From Eledone cirrhosa (taxonomy: Eukaryota), in contig OZ024749.1 of the NCBI GenBank assembly GCA_964016885.1, forward strand, positions 496,001-560,000: a DNA stretch of 64,000 nucleotides. Direction: 5' to 3'. The position numbers were made by a program, and so were the translations under genes. Of the stretch, positions 13,352 to 25,300 are shown piece after piece. The notes below the pieces were generated by a model. It searched no databases and had not been told where the DNA came from. It was given only the letters and a program-made list of their open reading frames with translations. The first letter of the stretch is position 1, and each line of letters starts with the position of its first letter.

Positions 13352-13405
<54 letters not shown>

Positions 13406-14157
13406 AGGATTGAACCAGTATTAAACTAGTTATATATATATCAGGATTGAACCATTTTGAAACTAGTTAGACCATTATTCAACAGAGTACTCAATACTTG
13501 GGATAGTGGTGCATGACTATATTAGTTAAATAATTGCAATAAAGCAATTATGGTGAAGTAACCCCATCGTAACACTACTTTTAATTAATGAAATATATAT
13601 ATATAACATTAAATAAAAATAAAAATTGAATGACATATATATATAAAATAAACACATCAAACGATTACAGGGGATAATTTGTAAAGAGTAAACTCACATA
13701 GTTATGGTGGTAACGTATTGAAAATTAACAAGAACCTTAAATACCTTGCAATAATGATTAATCTCCTTTGTATATATCCCATTAAAGAAATATATTAGTC
13801 CGTGAATCACAGATGTTAAATCCTGGATCATAGGCAAAGGAGAAGATTTCACTATCTATGATTACACGCTAAAAGCAAATCAGGGAATAACGACAAAAAG
13901 CACACATGGTTTTAAAGAAACACATCGCCCCGCTGTGAGCCAGTGGCATGAATAGGGTTATCAACAGCTAGAAATAGCAGCCAAGTCCTTTCAACATAAA
14001 AAGCTCTACTTACAGAATACTTAGGAGCCGTAAATATTACCAAAATTAAATTAAAGATGCCATGTCTGAGAATATCAGAAGCATGCACCATATCACCTAA
14101 AGAAATTTTAGCCTGATAGTAGGGTTAAGAACCCTCTAATAAATGTAAAAAAATGAT

Positions 14158-14283
14158 TATTGACGTACATGGGAGTCACCCATCTCCATTTGAATGGAAG
14201 GAGATGGGTGATGTGCTGGTTCAATGGTATCACAGTGTTCTGGATAACCAAAGATGTAGGTTCAACTCCCATGTACGTCAATA
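14158..14283. mobile_element. 126-bp MITE-like element with 19-bp TIRs enclosing a hairpin and a tRNA-like A/B-box module
   Basis: TATTGACGTACATGGGAGT...ACTCCCATGTACGTCAATA; internal TCACCCATCTCC/GGAGATGGGTGA; TGGTTCAATGG and GGTTCAACTCC. Confidence 0.7.
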
Positions 14284-14354
14284 CTTATGTTAACATAAGG
14301 GGGTGTGTATAGAGCTGTAAAAGTGGAGGTGTGTATGTATTTTGTTGATCTCTA

Positions 14355-14565
14355 AGCCCTTGCTTACAACAGACAGAATGGATATCTCACGGTAATTGCT
14401 CCAGTCATCCCTTCCACCTTTGCCTTTATAGGGAGTCACCATTGGTGAATCTTTCCAGTCAGGTGGAACACACTCTTCAACCAAAACCTTTTGGAATAAG
14501 GTAGTTAGACGACGAAGTAGATTTTCACTTCCACATTTGAAGATTTCAGCACAGAGAGTGTCCAC
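14355..14565 (-). mobile_element. RTE-clade RT N-terminal fragment
   Basis: 'AEIFKCG...VPPDWKDSPMVTPYKGKGGRDDWSNYREISILSVVSK'. Confidence 0.85.
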
Positions 14566-14590
14566 GTATATATACATATACATATATATA

Positions 14591-16918
14591 TCATCATCAT
14601 CATCATTTTACGTCCGCTTTTCCCTGCTTGCAAGGGTAGGACGGGTCCTATTCAGCATCTCTCCACTTGTCATGATCCTTCATCTCCTCGGTGAACTTCA
14701 GCGATCTGAGGTCTACTCTCACCACCTCTACCCATGTTTTTCGTGGTCTTCCTCTACTGGGATTTCTTAGCACTTCTTCACCCAGTGGTCATCCTCCATG
14801 TGCATCATATGTCCATACCATCGCAGTCTTCTCTCCCGCACACTACAACTTATTCCTCTTATACACAGTTTCTCTCTCAACTCATCTATGCTTGGTCATT
14901 CACGCACATTGACATTGCACATCCAACAGACCATGCTTGCTTCATTTCTCTCCAGCCGTCGCATATCCTCTGCAATTGCTGCCCATGTCTCACTAACATG
15001 CAGCATCGCGCACCTCACACATGCATCATATAACTGGCCTTTCGTTCGCAGGAAGAAATACTTCTTTGTCAACAGAGGAAGCAGCTCCCTAAACTTCTTC
15101 CAACCCATCCTTATTCTAGATACTATGGCTTCGGACACCTACCCCCTCCCATGCTAATCTGATCACCTAGGTACCGGAAGCTACCAACCACTTCTTTAGA
15201 ACCACCCTAGAACAGCACCCTGTACATAGCTTGCACTGTTCTCACAAGCCATTCCTCTACACCTAGTTTCCTTAGGGACCACCAGATGACAGATAGGGGT
15301 ACCCTATCAAAGGCCTTCTCTAGGTCAACAAAAGCTAAGTATAGTGGCTTATTCTTCTCTAAGAACCTCTCTTGTAGTTGTCTCACTAAGAAGAGGGCAT
15401 CTGTTGTACTCTTCCCAGGCACAAAACCAAACTGCATCTCATCTAATTTGACCCTTTCTCTAATTAGTTGCGCTAATATACTTTCTGCCACTTTCATAAC
15501 CTGATCCATCAGTTTTATACCCCGATAATTGCTCCTCTCCAGAGCATCCCCTTTACCTTTGTAGCAATTTATGAGAATACTGCTGCACCAGTCTTTGGGT
15601 ATGACACCACCATATATAGCCTGATTGATGATGTGTGCAACCAGTTTAGTGCTTACGTCCCCTGATGCCTTCAGCATCTCAGCAACTATCCCCAATGGTC
15701 CAGCAACCTTACCATTTTTCATTTCCTTAATCGCCTCTTGGACCCTATATTCGTCAATCTCAATAGCTGGTCTCCTGGGGGTAGTTTCTCTCTCTCCCAT
15801 TTGTTCTCCACATTCATCAGTCTCTCATAATGACACTTCCAGGCCTCCTTTTTCTGATTATTCGTGACACTAAGTACACCGGCATCATTCCGGACACATT
15901 TATCTCCAACAACATCCTGATTTTCATTGACACACTGCCTTGCAATGTGGAACACCGCACGCCTCTGATCACCTCGTCGCAGAACATTGGCAAACCTCCT
16001 ACTCTCAGCCTCCCTGCGTGCTAAGTGCAGCTGACGTCTAGCTTCTCTCTTAGCGGTTGTATATCCATCTCTACTCCCACCCTTTTCCCAAGCTTTCCAT
16101 GTTAGTCTTTTGTCTCTAATGGCCCTATCTACCATGTTGTTCCACCACCAGCTCACTCTCTGTCTGGTTGGAGCTCTGCTCCAGCCACAAGTTTCTTCAG
16201 TAGCCTGCAGTAAGTTGTCATGTAAGAAGTTCCAGTTATCATCTATGTCACATGATTCTAAATCGTCCTCTTTTTCGTCATACACATCTTGAAGGGCTTC
16301 CCTAAATTTATATATTAGTGAAAGGTCTTTTAGCTTCTAGACCTTTCTTTTCCACACCTTCCTGTATGTCTCATTTACTCTCTTGCTTATTGAGATGTCA
16401 CCAACGACTAACCTATGCTGTGCGGTACATTCTACCCCGGAGTATGCCTTAGTATTTGACACCATCTGTCTGTCTCGTTGCCTAACTAGCAAGAAGTCAA
16501 TTCGGCTTATGTGCTCGCCTGATTTGTAGGTTATTAGGTGGTTGGTAGGCTTCTTGAAGTTAGTGACTCTAACTACCTCTATTGTTTTATCAATCCATCT
16601 TTCAGCCAGGAAAATGCCTACTCCCCCTAACCCATCATCCTTACCTACCCAGAAAAGCTTATAACTAAGATGTTTGCCTGCGATTAGTCTTGCAGAGGCA
16701 TCTCACCTCTTGCTCACAGCACACATCCATATACCTTCTCTCCAGCATCTCTGCTATCTCGCCAGATCTACCTGTTAGAGTGCCAACATTAAGTGTGGCA
16801 TCTCTGAGATGCAACGTCTTCATATTCTTGTTCTTGTTGTGGTGCGATTGCTTGATGATGGTCGGAGGGTACTCATACATGGTCGCACCAGCCACCCCAC
16901 TACCGTGCGCAGCCCTAA
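14591..16918 (-). mobile_element. RTE-clade LINE (family A) retaining both ends, with internal deletions
   Basis: APE N-terminus 'ATLNVGTLTGRSGEIAEMLERR'; RT nearly identical to 4416-5540; C-terminal 'GWKKFRELLPLL'; 3' UTR and (GAT)n tail at 14591. A deletion near 15200 removes YADD and the PHD region. Confidence 0.95.
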
Positions 16919-17054
16919 CATATATATAAAAGGTGGTGAAGTGTAAAATGCAGCATAGTCTTTGTAGCAAGATAAGTGGTGGAGGAATAAAGCAGTTTTG
17001 TTAATTATTTGACTACGGCAAAGCCAGCCATTAATCACTCGTATACATAAAACT

Positions 17055-17162
17055 AACTGACCTATCTGCTGATATGCAAATCTGGCTGATCAGTGGGTCT
17101 GCTAATATGCAGATCTGACTGATCAGGCAGTCTGCTAGTATGCAAATCAGGCTGATCAGTCA
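17055..17162. repeat. ~33-bp tandem repeat x3
   Basis: 'tctgct.atatgca.atctg.ctgatcag' repeated. Confidence 0.7.
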
Positions 17163-17225
17163 CTGTATATTCCAAAAAATATCATATATTTCCACTAGCT
17201 CTGACAGTTGGCAGGTAAATAGTAT

Positions 17226-17272
17226 ATGGTACCGATGAAGGGTAATCACCCAGAAACATTAGTGTCTGCCGT
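17226..17272 (+). ncRNA. Degenerate minimal type I hammerhead ribozyme (Penelope-like remnant)
   Basis: Stem I ATGGTA/TGCCGT, core CCGATGA (U4 to C), stem II GGGT-AATC-ACCC, GAAA, stem III ACA-TTAG-TGT, GUC cleavage triplet. Confidence 0.6.
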
Positions 17273-17514
17273 TCTGTTTATAAGCCAACAAGCAAAGTCA
17301 TTCTACTCACATGGCTTAAGAGGCTGTTTTCATAATTGCAAATAAATCGAATATTATTATTAATATAAAAAAAAAACCAGATTTACATTTCAGCCATGTA
17401 GAGCAATAGAACTATTATATATATATATATATATATGTTTTTCTGTTGTCTTTACCCATTTAAAAAAAAATCAATATCATATATATACATATATATTGTG
17501 AATTTTGAACGTAA

Positions 17515-17778
17515 GAAGAGAGAAAGTAGGTGGAAGGGAGGGAGAGAGTGATTTTTGATTTAGTGTTTTACTGTTTGTGTTGTTGTTTTATTAGAGAGAG
17601 AAAGGGAAGGAGAAGGAGAGTGAGAGAAAGATATATAAAGAGAGAGGGAGGGAGGAGATAAAAAGAAAGAGAAAGAGAGGAGAAGGAGATAAAGAGAAAG
17701 AAAGAGTGAGAGATAATAAGATGGAGGTAAATATAAAGAAAAGAGACGGAGAGAAAGAGAGAGAGAGAGAGAGAGACT
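17515..17778. repeat. GA-rich low-complexity tract
   Basis: (GA)n-like purine run. Confidence 0.85.
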
Positions 17779-17929
17779 CTTATTTAGTTCTATATTTTTT
17801 TAGTTTTATTGAAGGAAGGGGTGGGTGGAGGCTGGAGTTCTACCAGCAGGAAGAGAAGATCAGTACCAACCTTTGGCACTCTTGTTCATGATTGCCTTGA
17901 GACAACATAGAGTAGAGAGGAATCTTTAG

Positions 17930-18245
17930 TCTTTCAGGAGACAAGACAGCCTCTTTAGTGTTAGTGCCACTATAAAATGCACCCAGTACACCCTGTAAGG
18001 TAGCCATGCTGATGTCACAACAATAAATTCTAAGCTTGTCTTGTAAAGTGGTGCCATGTAAAAAAATTCCCAGCCCACACTGTAAAGTGGTAGGCATTAG
18101 GAAGAGCCTCTAAACAGAAGAAAACCAAGCACAAAATGGAACGTATGAATGAGATATGGTCAACTGTCCCAGTTAGCCCCATAATGTGACATCGCGTCTA
18201 ACACATGCAAGCATAAAAAGTAGACATTAAAAAGTAATGATGTAA
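17930..18245 (+). mobile_element. RTE 3'-UTR-related repeat fragment
   Basis: 'cccacactgtaaagtggtaggcattaggaag...catgcaagcat...atgatg' resembles 43700-43875. Confidence 0.6.
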
Positions 18246-18399
18246 AGTATTTGGAGATAGGAAGGACATCCAGCCATAGAAAATCTGCTAAAGATAGGGT
18301 TTAGAAGACTATTCATCTCTGCCAAGGACATACCATCTTCCCTAGTGTTGGTGCCATGATGAAAATGTACAGTCTGTGACGGACATGTCCAACCCTTGC

Positions 18400-18635
18400 A
18401 AGAGAGAGAGAGAATTAGGAAGAGAGGGGAAGAGAAAGATAAGGAGAGGGGAAGAGAAAGATAAGGAGAGAGGGGGGAAAGAAAGATAAGGAGAGAGGGG
18501 GGAGAGAAAGAAAAGGAGAGGGAGGGGGGGAGAAAGAAAAGGAGAGGGAGCGGAGAGAAAAATAAGGAGGGGGGGAGAAAGATAAGGAAAGAGGGAGAGA
18601 GAGGGGAAGAGAAAGATAAGGGGAGAGAGAGTGAG
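18400..18635. repeat. GA-rich tract with ~20-bp 'gagaaagataaggagagggg' subrepeats
   Basis: Direct inspection. Confidence 0.8.
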
Positions 18636-18864
18636 GAATAAATAGATATTTTTTTTTATTTCCTTCACATTCTTCAATAAGTTAGTACAAAATCTTTTTT
18701 TTATAACAAGAATACAGGTGTAGAGGTTAGGATTAGCTGGAAATAAGACATGAGAGAGAGAGAGAGAGAACAGTATATCTTTTGGTGATGAAATATTAGT
18801 GAATGTCAACAAGACCGTTATTGTGGTGGACACCATTTCACATAACTAAACCATAATAATAATA

Positions 18865-19250
18865 ATTGTTTCTATTTGAAAAACAAGGTCAGGAATTTGA
18901 AGGGGTAGGGGAAATCGATTAAATCGACCCTAGTGTGTTACTTTTGCTTTCTTTATTGACCCCATAAGGAGGAAAGACAAAGCTAACCTCAGCGGGATTT
19001 GAACTCAGAACACAAACGGCCGTAACTCTATGCCGCAAAGCATGCTATCCGACACTCTAGTGTGAAGCATTCTATGTCTATGTTAGTAGTTTTGCCAGTA
19101 AGAATGTCAGACACCGTGCTTTGCAGCATAGAGTTATGGCCCTTTACGAGGTTACCTTTGCCTTTAATCCTTACGGGGTTGATAAAATAAAGCACCAGTA
19201 ATACACTAGGGTAATTGCTGGCCTTGTGCCCAAAGTAGAAACAATTATTA
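18865..19250. mobile_element. Head-to-head pair of SINEs (minus 18865-19058, plus ~19100-19250)
   Basis: Both match the 1-143 family in opposite orientation. Confidence 0.75.
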
Positions 19251-19309
19251 ATTTTACATCCATTTATTGCCATTCTGGTGGGATGAGGGCCACAGTTTAT
19301 CCAGGGGTT

Positions 19310-22300
19310 TTATGACTACAATATCTGGTCAGTTACTGGCCTTTGAATACAATATCTGGTCAGTTACTGGCCTTTGACTACAATATCTGGTCAGTTGGTA
19401 GCCTTTGATTACAATATCTGGTCAGTTACAGGCCTTTGACTACAATATCTGGTCAGTTGGTAGACTTTGACTACAATATCTGGTCAGTTGGTAGCCTCTG
19501 ACTACAATATCTGGTCAGTTACTGGCCTTTGACTACAATATCTGGTCAGCTGGTAGCCTTTCACTACAATAACTGGTCAGTTACTGGCCATTGACTACAA
19601 TACCTGGTCAGTTGGTAGCCTTTCATTACAATAACTGGTCAGTTACAGGTCTTTGACTGCAATATCTGGTCAGTTGCTAGACTCTCACTAGAATATCAGT
19701 TCAGTTACATCCTTTGATTAAAATATCTGGTCAGTTACTAGCTTTTGACCACAATATCTGGTCAGTTGGTAGCCTTTAACTAGAATATCTGGTCAGTTAC
19801 TTTTCTTTGACTACAATACCTTGTCAGTTACTGGCCTTTGACTGCAATATCTGGTCAGTTGGTAGTCTCTGACTACAATATCTGGTCAGTTGGTAGCCCT
19901 TGACTACAATATCTGGTCATTTACTCGCCTTTGACTACTACATCTGGTCAGTTGGTAGACTCTGACTAGAATATCTGGTCAGTTACTGGCCTTTGACCAC
20001 AATATCTGGTCAGTTGGTAGCCTTTGACTACAATATCTTGTCAGTTACAGCCTTTGACTACAATATCTGGTCAGTTACTGGCCTCTGACTACAATATCTG
20101 GTCAGTTGGTTGCCTTTGACTACAATATCTGGTCAGTTACTGGCCTTTGACTACAATATCTGGTCAGTTGGTTGCCTTTGACTACAATATCTGGTCAGTT
20201 ACTGGCCTTTGACTACAATATCTGGTCAGTTGGTTGCCTTTGACTACAATATCTGGTCAGTTACAGCCTTTGACTACAATATCTGGTCAGTTACAGGCCT
20301 TTGACTACAATATCTGGTCAGTTACTGGCCTTTGACTACAATATCTGGTCAGTTACAGGCCTTTGACTACAATATCTGGTCAGTTACTGGCCTTTGACCA
20401 CAATATCTGGTCAGTTGGTAGCCTTTGACTACAATATCTTGTCAGTTACAGCCTTTGACTACAATATCTGGTCAGTTACTGGCCTCTGACTACAATATCT
20501 GGTCAGTTGGTTGCCTTTGACTACAATATCTGGTCAGTTACTGGCCTTTGACTACAATACCTGGTCAGTTACTGGCCTTTGACTACAATATCTGGTCAGT
20601 TTCTGGCCTTTGACTACAATATCTGGTCAGTTGGTTGCCTTTGACTACAATATCTGGTCAGTTACTGGCCTTTGACTACAATACCTGGTCAGTTACTGGC
20701 CTTTGACTACAATATCTGGTCAGTTACAGGCCTTTGACTACAATACCTGGTCAGTTACTGGCCTTTGACTACAATACCTGGTCAGTTGGTGGCCTTTGAC
20801 TACAATATCTGGTCAGCTACTGGCCTTTGACTACAATATCTGGTCAGTTTCTGGCCTTTGACTACAATACCTGGTCAGTTACTGGCCTTTGACTACAATA
20901 CCTGGTCAGTTGGTGGCCTTTGACTACAATATCTGGTCAGCTACTGGCCTTTGACTACAATATCTGGTCAGTTTCTGGCCTTTGACTACAATACCTGGTC
21001 AGTTACTGGCCTTTGACTACAATACCTGGTCAGTTGGTGGCCTTTGACTACAATATCTGGTCAGCTACTGGCCTTTGACTACAATATCTGGTCAGTTTCT
21101 GGCCTTTGACTACAATACCTGGTCAGTTGGTGGCCTTTGACTACAATATCTGGTCAGCTACTGGCCTTTGACTACAATATCTGGTCAGTTTCTGGCCTTT
21201 GACTACAATATCTGGTCAGTTACAGGCCTTTGACTACAATACCTGGTCAGTTACAGGCCTTTGACTACAATATCTGGTCAGTTACAGGCCTTTGACTACA
21301 ATATCTGGTCAGTTACTGGCCTCTGACTACAATATCTGGTCAGTTGGTTGCCTTTGACTACAATATCTGGTCAGTTACTGGCCTTTGACTACAATATCTG
21401 GTCAGTTACTGGCCTTTGACTACAATACCTGGTCAGTTGGTGGCCTTTGACTACAATATCTGGTCAGTTTCTGGCCTTTGACTACAATATCTGGTCAGTT
21501 GGTTGCCTTTGACTACAATACCTGGTCAGTTGGTGGCCTTTGACTACAATATCTGGTCAGTTGGTGGCCTTTGACTACAATATCTGGTCAGTTACTGGCC
21601 TCTGACTACAATATCTGGTCAGTTGGTTGCCTTTGACTACAATATCTGGTCAGTTTCTGGCCTTTGACTACAATATCTGGTCAGTTGGTTGCCTTTGACT
21701 ACAATATCTGGTCAGTTACTGGCCTTTGACTACAATATCTGGTCAGTTACTGGCCTTTGACTACAATATCTGGTCAGTTGGTGGCCTTTGACTACAATAT
21801 CTGGTCAGTTTCTGGCCTTTGACTACAATATCTGGTCAGTTGGTTGCCTTTGACTACAATATCTGGTCAGTTACTGGCCTTTGACTACAATATCTGGTCA
21901 GTTACTGGCCTTTGACTACAATACCTGGTCAGTTGGTGGCCTTTGACTACAATATCTGGTCAGTTTCTGGCCTTTGACTACAATATCTGGTCAGTTGGTT
22001 GCCTTTGACTACAATACCTGGTCAGTTGGTGGCCTTTGACTACAATATCTGGTCAGTTGGTGGCCTTTGACTACAATATCTGGTCAGTTACTGGCCTCTG
22101 ACTACAATATCTGGTCAGTTACTGGCCTTTGACTACAATATCTGGTCAGTTACTGGCCTTTGACTACAATATCTGGTCAGTTACTGGCCTTTGACTACAA
22201 TACCTGGTCAGTTGGTGGCCTTTGACTACAATATCTGGTCAGTTACTGGCCTCTGACTACAATATCTGGTCAGTTACTGGCCTTTGACTACAATATCTGG

Positions 22301-25300
22301 TCAGTTACTGGCCTTTGACTACAATACCTGGTCAGTTGGTGGCCTTTGACTACAATATCTGGTCAGTTTCTGGCCTTTGACTACAATATCTGGTCAGTTG
22401 GTTGCCTTTGACTACAATACCTGGTCAGTTGGTGGCCTTTGACTACAATATCTGGTCAGTTGGTGGCCTTTGACTACAATATCTGGTCAGTTACTGGCCT
22501 CTGACTACAATATCTGGTCAGTTACTGGCCTTTGACTACAATATCTGGTCAGTTGGTGGCCTTTGACTACAATATCTGGTCAGTTACTGGCCTTTGACTA
22601 CAATATCTGGTCAGTTGGTGGCCTTTGACTACAATATCTGGTCAGTTGGTGGCCTTTGACTACAATATCTGGTCAGTTACTGTCCTTTGACTACAATATC
22701 TGGTCAGTTACTGGCCTTTGACTACAATACCTGGTCAGTTGGTGGCCTTTGACTACAATATCTGGTCAGTTGGTGGCCTTTGACTACAATATCTGGTCAG
22801 TTACTGGCCTCTGACTACAATATCTGGTCAGTTACTGGCCTTTGACTACAATATCTGGTCAGTTGGTGGCCTTTGACTACAATATCTGGTCAGTTACTGG
22901 CCTTTGACTACAATATCTGGTCAGTTGGTGGCCTTTGACTACAATATCTGGTCAGTTACTGGCCTTTGACTACAATATCTGGTCAGTTGGTGGCCTTTGA
23001 CTACAATATCTGGTCAGTTACTGTCCTTTGACTACAATATCTGGTCAGTTGGTTGCCTTTGACTACAATATCTGGTCAGTTACTGGCCTTTGACTACAAT
23101 ACCTGGTCAGTTGGTGGCCTTTGACTACAATATCTGGTCAGTTGGTGGCCTTTGACTACAATATCTGGTCAGTTGGTGGCCTTTGACTACAATATCTGGT
23201 CAGTTACTGTCCTTTGACTACAATATCTGGTCAGTTGGTTGCCTCTGACTACAATATCTGGTCAGTTACTGGCCTTTGACTACAATACCTGGTCAGTTGG
23301 TTGCCTTTGACTACAATATCTGGTCAGTTACTGGCCTCTGACTACAATATCTGGTCAGTTACTGGCCTTTGACTACAATATCTGGTCAGTTACTGGCCTT
23401 TGACTACAATATCTGGTCAGTTGGTTGCCTTTGACTACAATATCTGGTCAGTTACTGGCCTTTGACTACAATATCTGGTCAGTTACTGGCCTTTGACTAC
23501 AATATCTGGTCAGTTGGTTGCCTTTGACTACAATATCTGGTCAGTTACTGGCCTTTGACTACAATATCTGGTTAGTTGGTTGCCTTTGACTACAATATCT
23601 GGTCAGTTACTGGCCTTTGACGACAATATTTGGTCAGTTACTGGCCTTTGACTACAATATCTGGTCAGTTGGTAGCCTTTGACTACAATATCTGGTCAGT
23701 TTCTGGTCTTTGACTACAATATCTGGTCAGTTTCTGGCCTCTGACTACAATACCTGGTCAGTTGGTTGCCTTTGACTACAATATCTGGTCAGTTACTGGC
23801 CTTTGACTACAATATCTGGTCAGTTACTGGCCTTTGACTACAATATCTGGTCAGTTACTGGCCTTTGACTACAATATCTGGTCAGTTACTGTCCTTTGAC
23901 TACAATATCTGGTCAGTTACTGGCCTTTGACTACAATATCTGGTCAGTTACTGTCCTTTGACTACAATATCTGGTCAGTTACTGGCCTTTGACTACAATA
24001 TCTGGTCAGTTGGTGGCCTTTGACTACAATATCTGGTCAGTTACTGGCCTTTGACTACAATATCTGGTCAGTTACTGGCCTTTGACTACAATATCTGGTC
24101 AGTTTCTGGCCTTTGACTACAATACCTGGTCAGTTGGTAGCCTTTGACTACAATATCTGGTCAGTTACTGGCCTTTGACTACAATATCTGGTCAGTTACT
24201 GGCCTCTGACTACAATATCTGGTCAGTTGGTTGCCTTTGACTACAATATCTGGTCAGTTACTGGCCTTTGACTACAATATCTGGTCAGTTACTGGCCTTT
24301 GACTACAATATCTGGTCAGTTACTGGCCTCTGACTACAATATCTGGTCAGTTGGTAGCCTTTGACTACAATATCTGGTCAAGTACTGGCCTTTAACTACA
24401 ATATCTGGTCAGTTGGTAGCCTTTGATTACAATATCTGGTTAGTTACTGGCCTTTGACTACAATATCTGGTCAGTTTCTGGCCTTTGACTACAATACCTG
24501 GTCAGTTGGTGGCCTTTGACTACAATATCTGGTCAGTTACTGGCCTTTGACTACAATATCTGGTCAGTTACTGGCCTTTGACTACAATATCTGGTCAGTT
24601 ACTGGCCTTTGACTACAATATCTGGTCAGTTACTGGTTTTTTACTACAATATCTGGTCAGTCACTGGCCTTTGACTACAATATCTGGTCAGTTACTGGTT
24701 TTTTACTACAATATCTGGTCAGTTACTGGCCTTTGACTACAATATCTGGTCAGTTACAGCCTTTGACTACAATATCTGGTCAGTTACTGGCCTTTGACTA
24801 CAATATCTGGTCAGTTACTGGCCTTTGACTGCAATACCTGGTCAGTTGGTAGCCTTTGACTACAATATCTGGTCAGTTACTGGCCTTTGACTACAATATC
24901 TGGTCAGTTACTGGCCTTTGACTGCAATACCTGGTCAGTTGGTAGCCTTTGACTACAATATCTGGTCAGTTACAGCCTTTGACTACAATATCTGGTCAGT
25001 TACTGGCCTTTGACTACAATATCTGGTCAGTTACTGGCCTCTGACTACAATATCTGGTCAGTTGGTTGCCTTTGACTACAATATCTGGTCAGTTACAGCC
25101 TTTGACTACAATATCTGGTCAGTTACTGGCCTTTGACTACAATATCTGGTCAGTTACTGGCCTCTGACTACAATACCTGGTCAGTTGGTGGCCTTTGACT
25201 AAAATATCTGGTCAGTTACTGGCCTTTGACTACAATATCTGGTCATTTACTGGCCTTTGACTACAATATCTGGTCAGTTAGTGGCCTTTGACTACAATAT

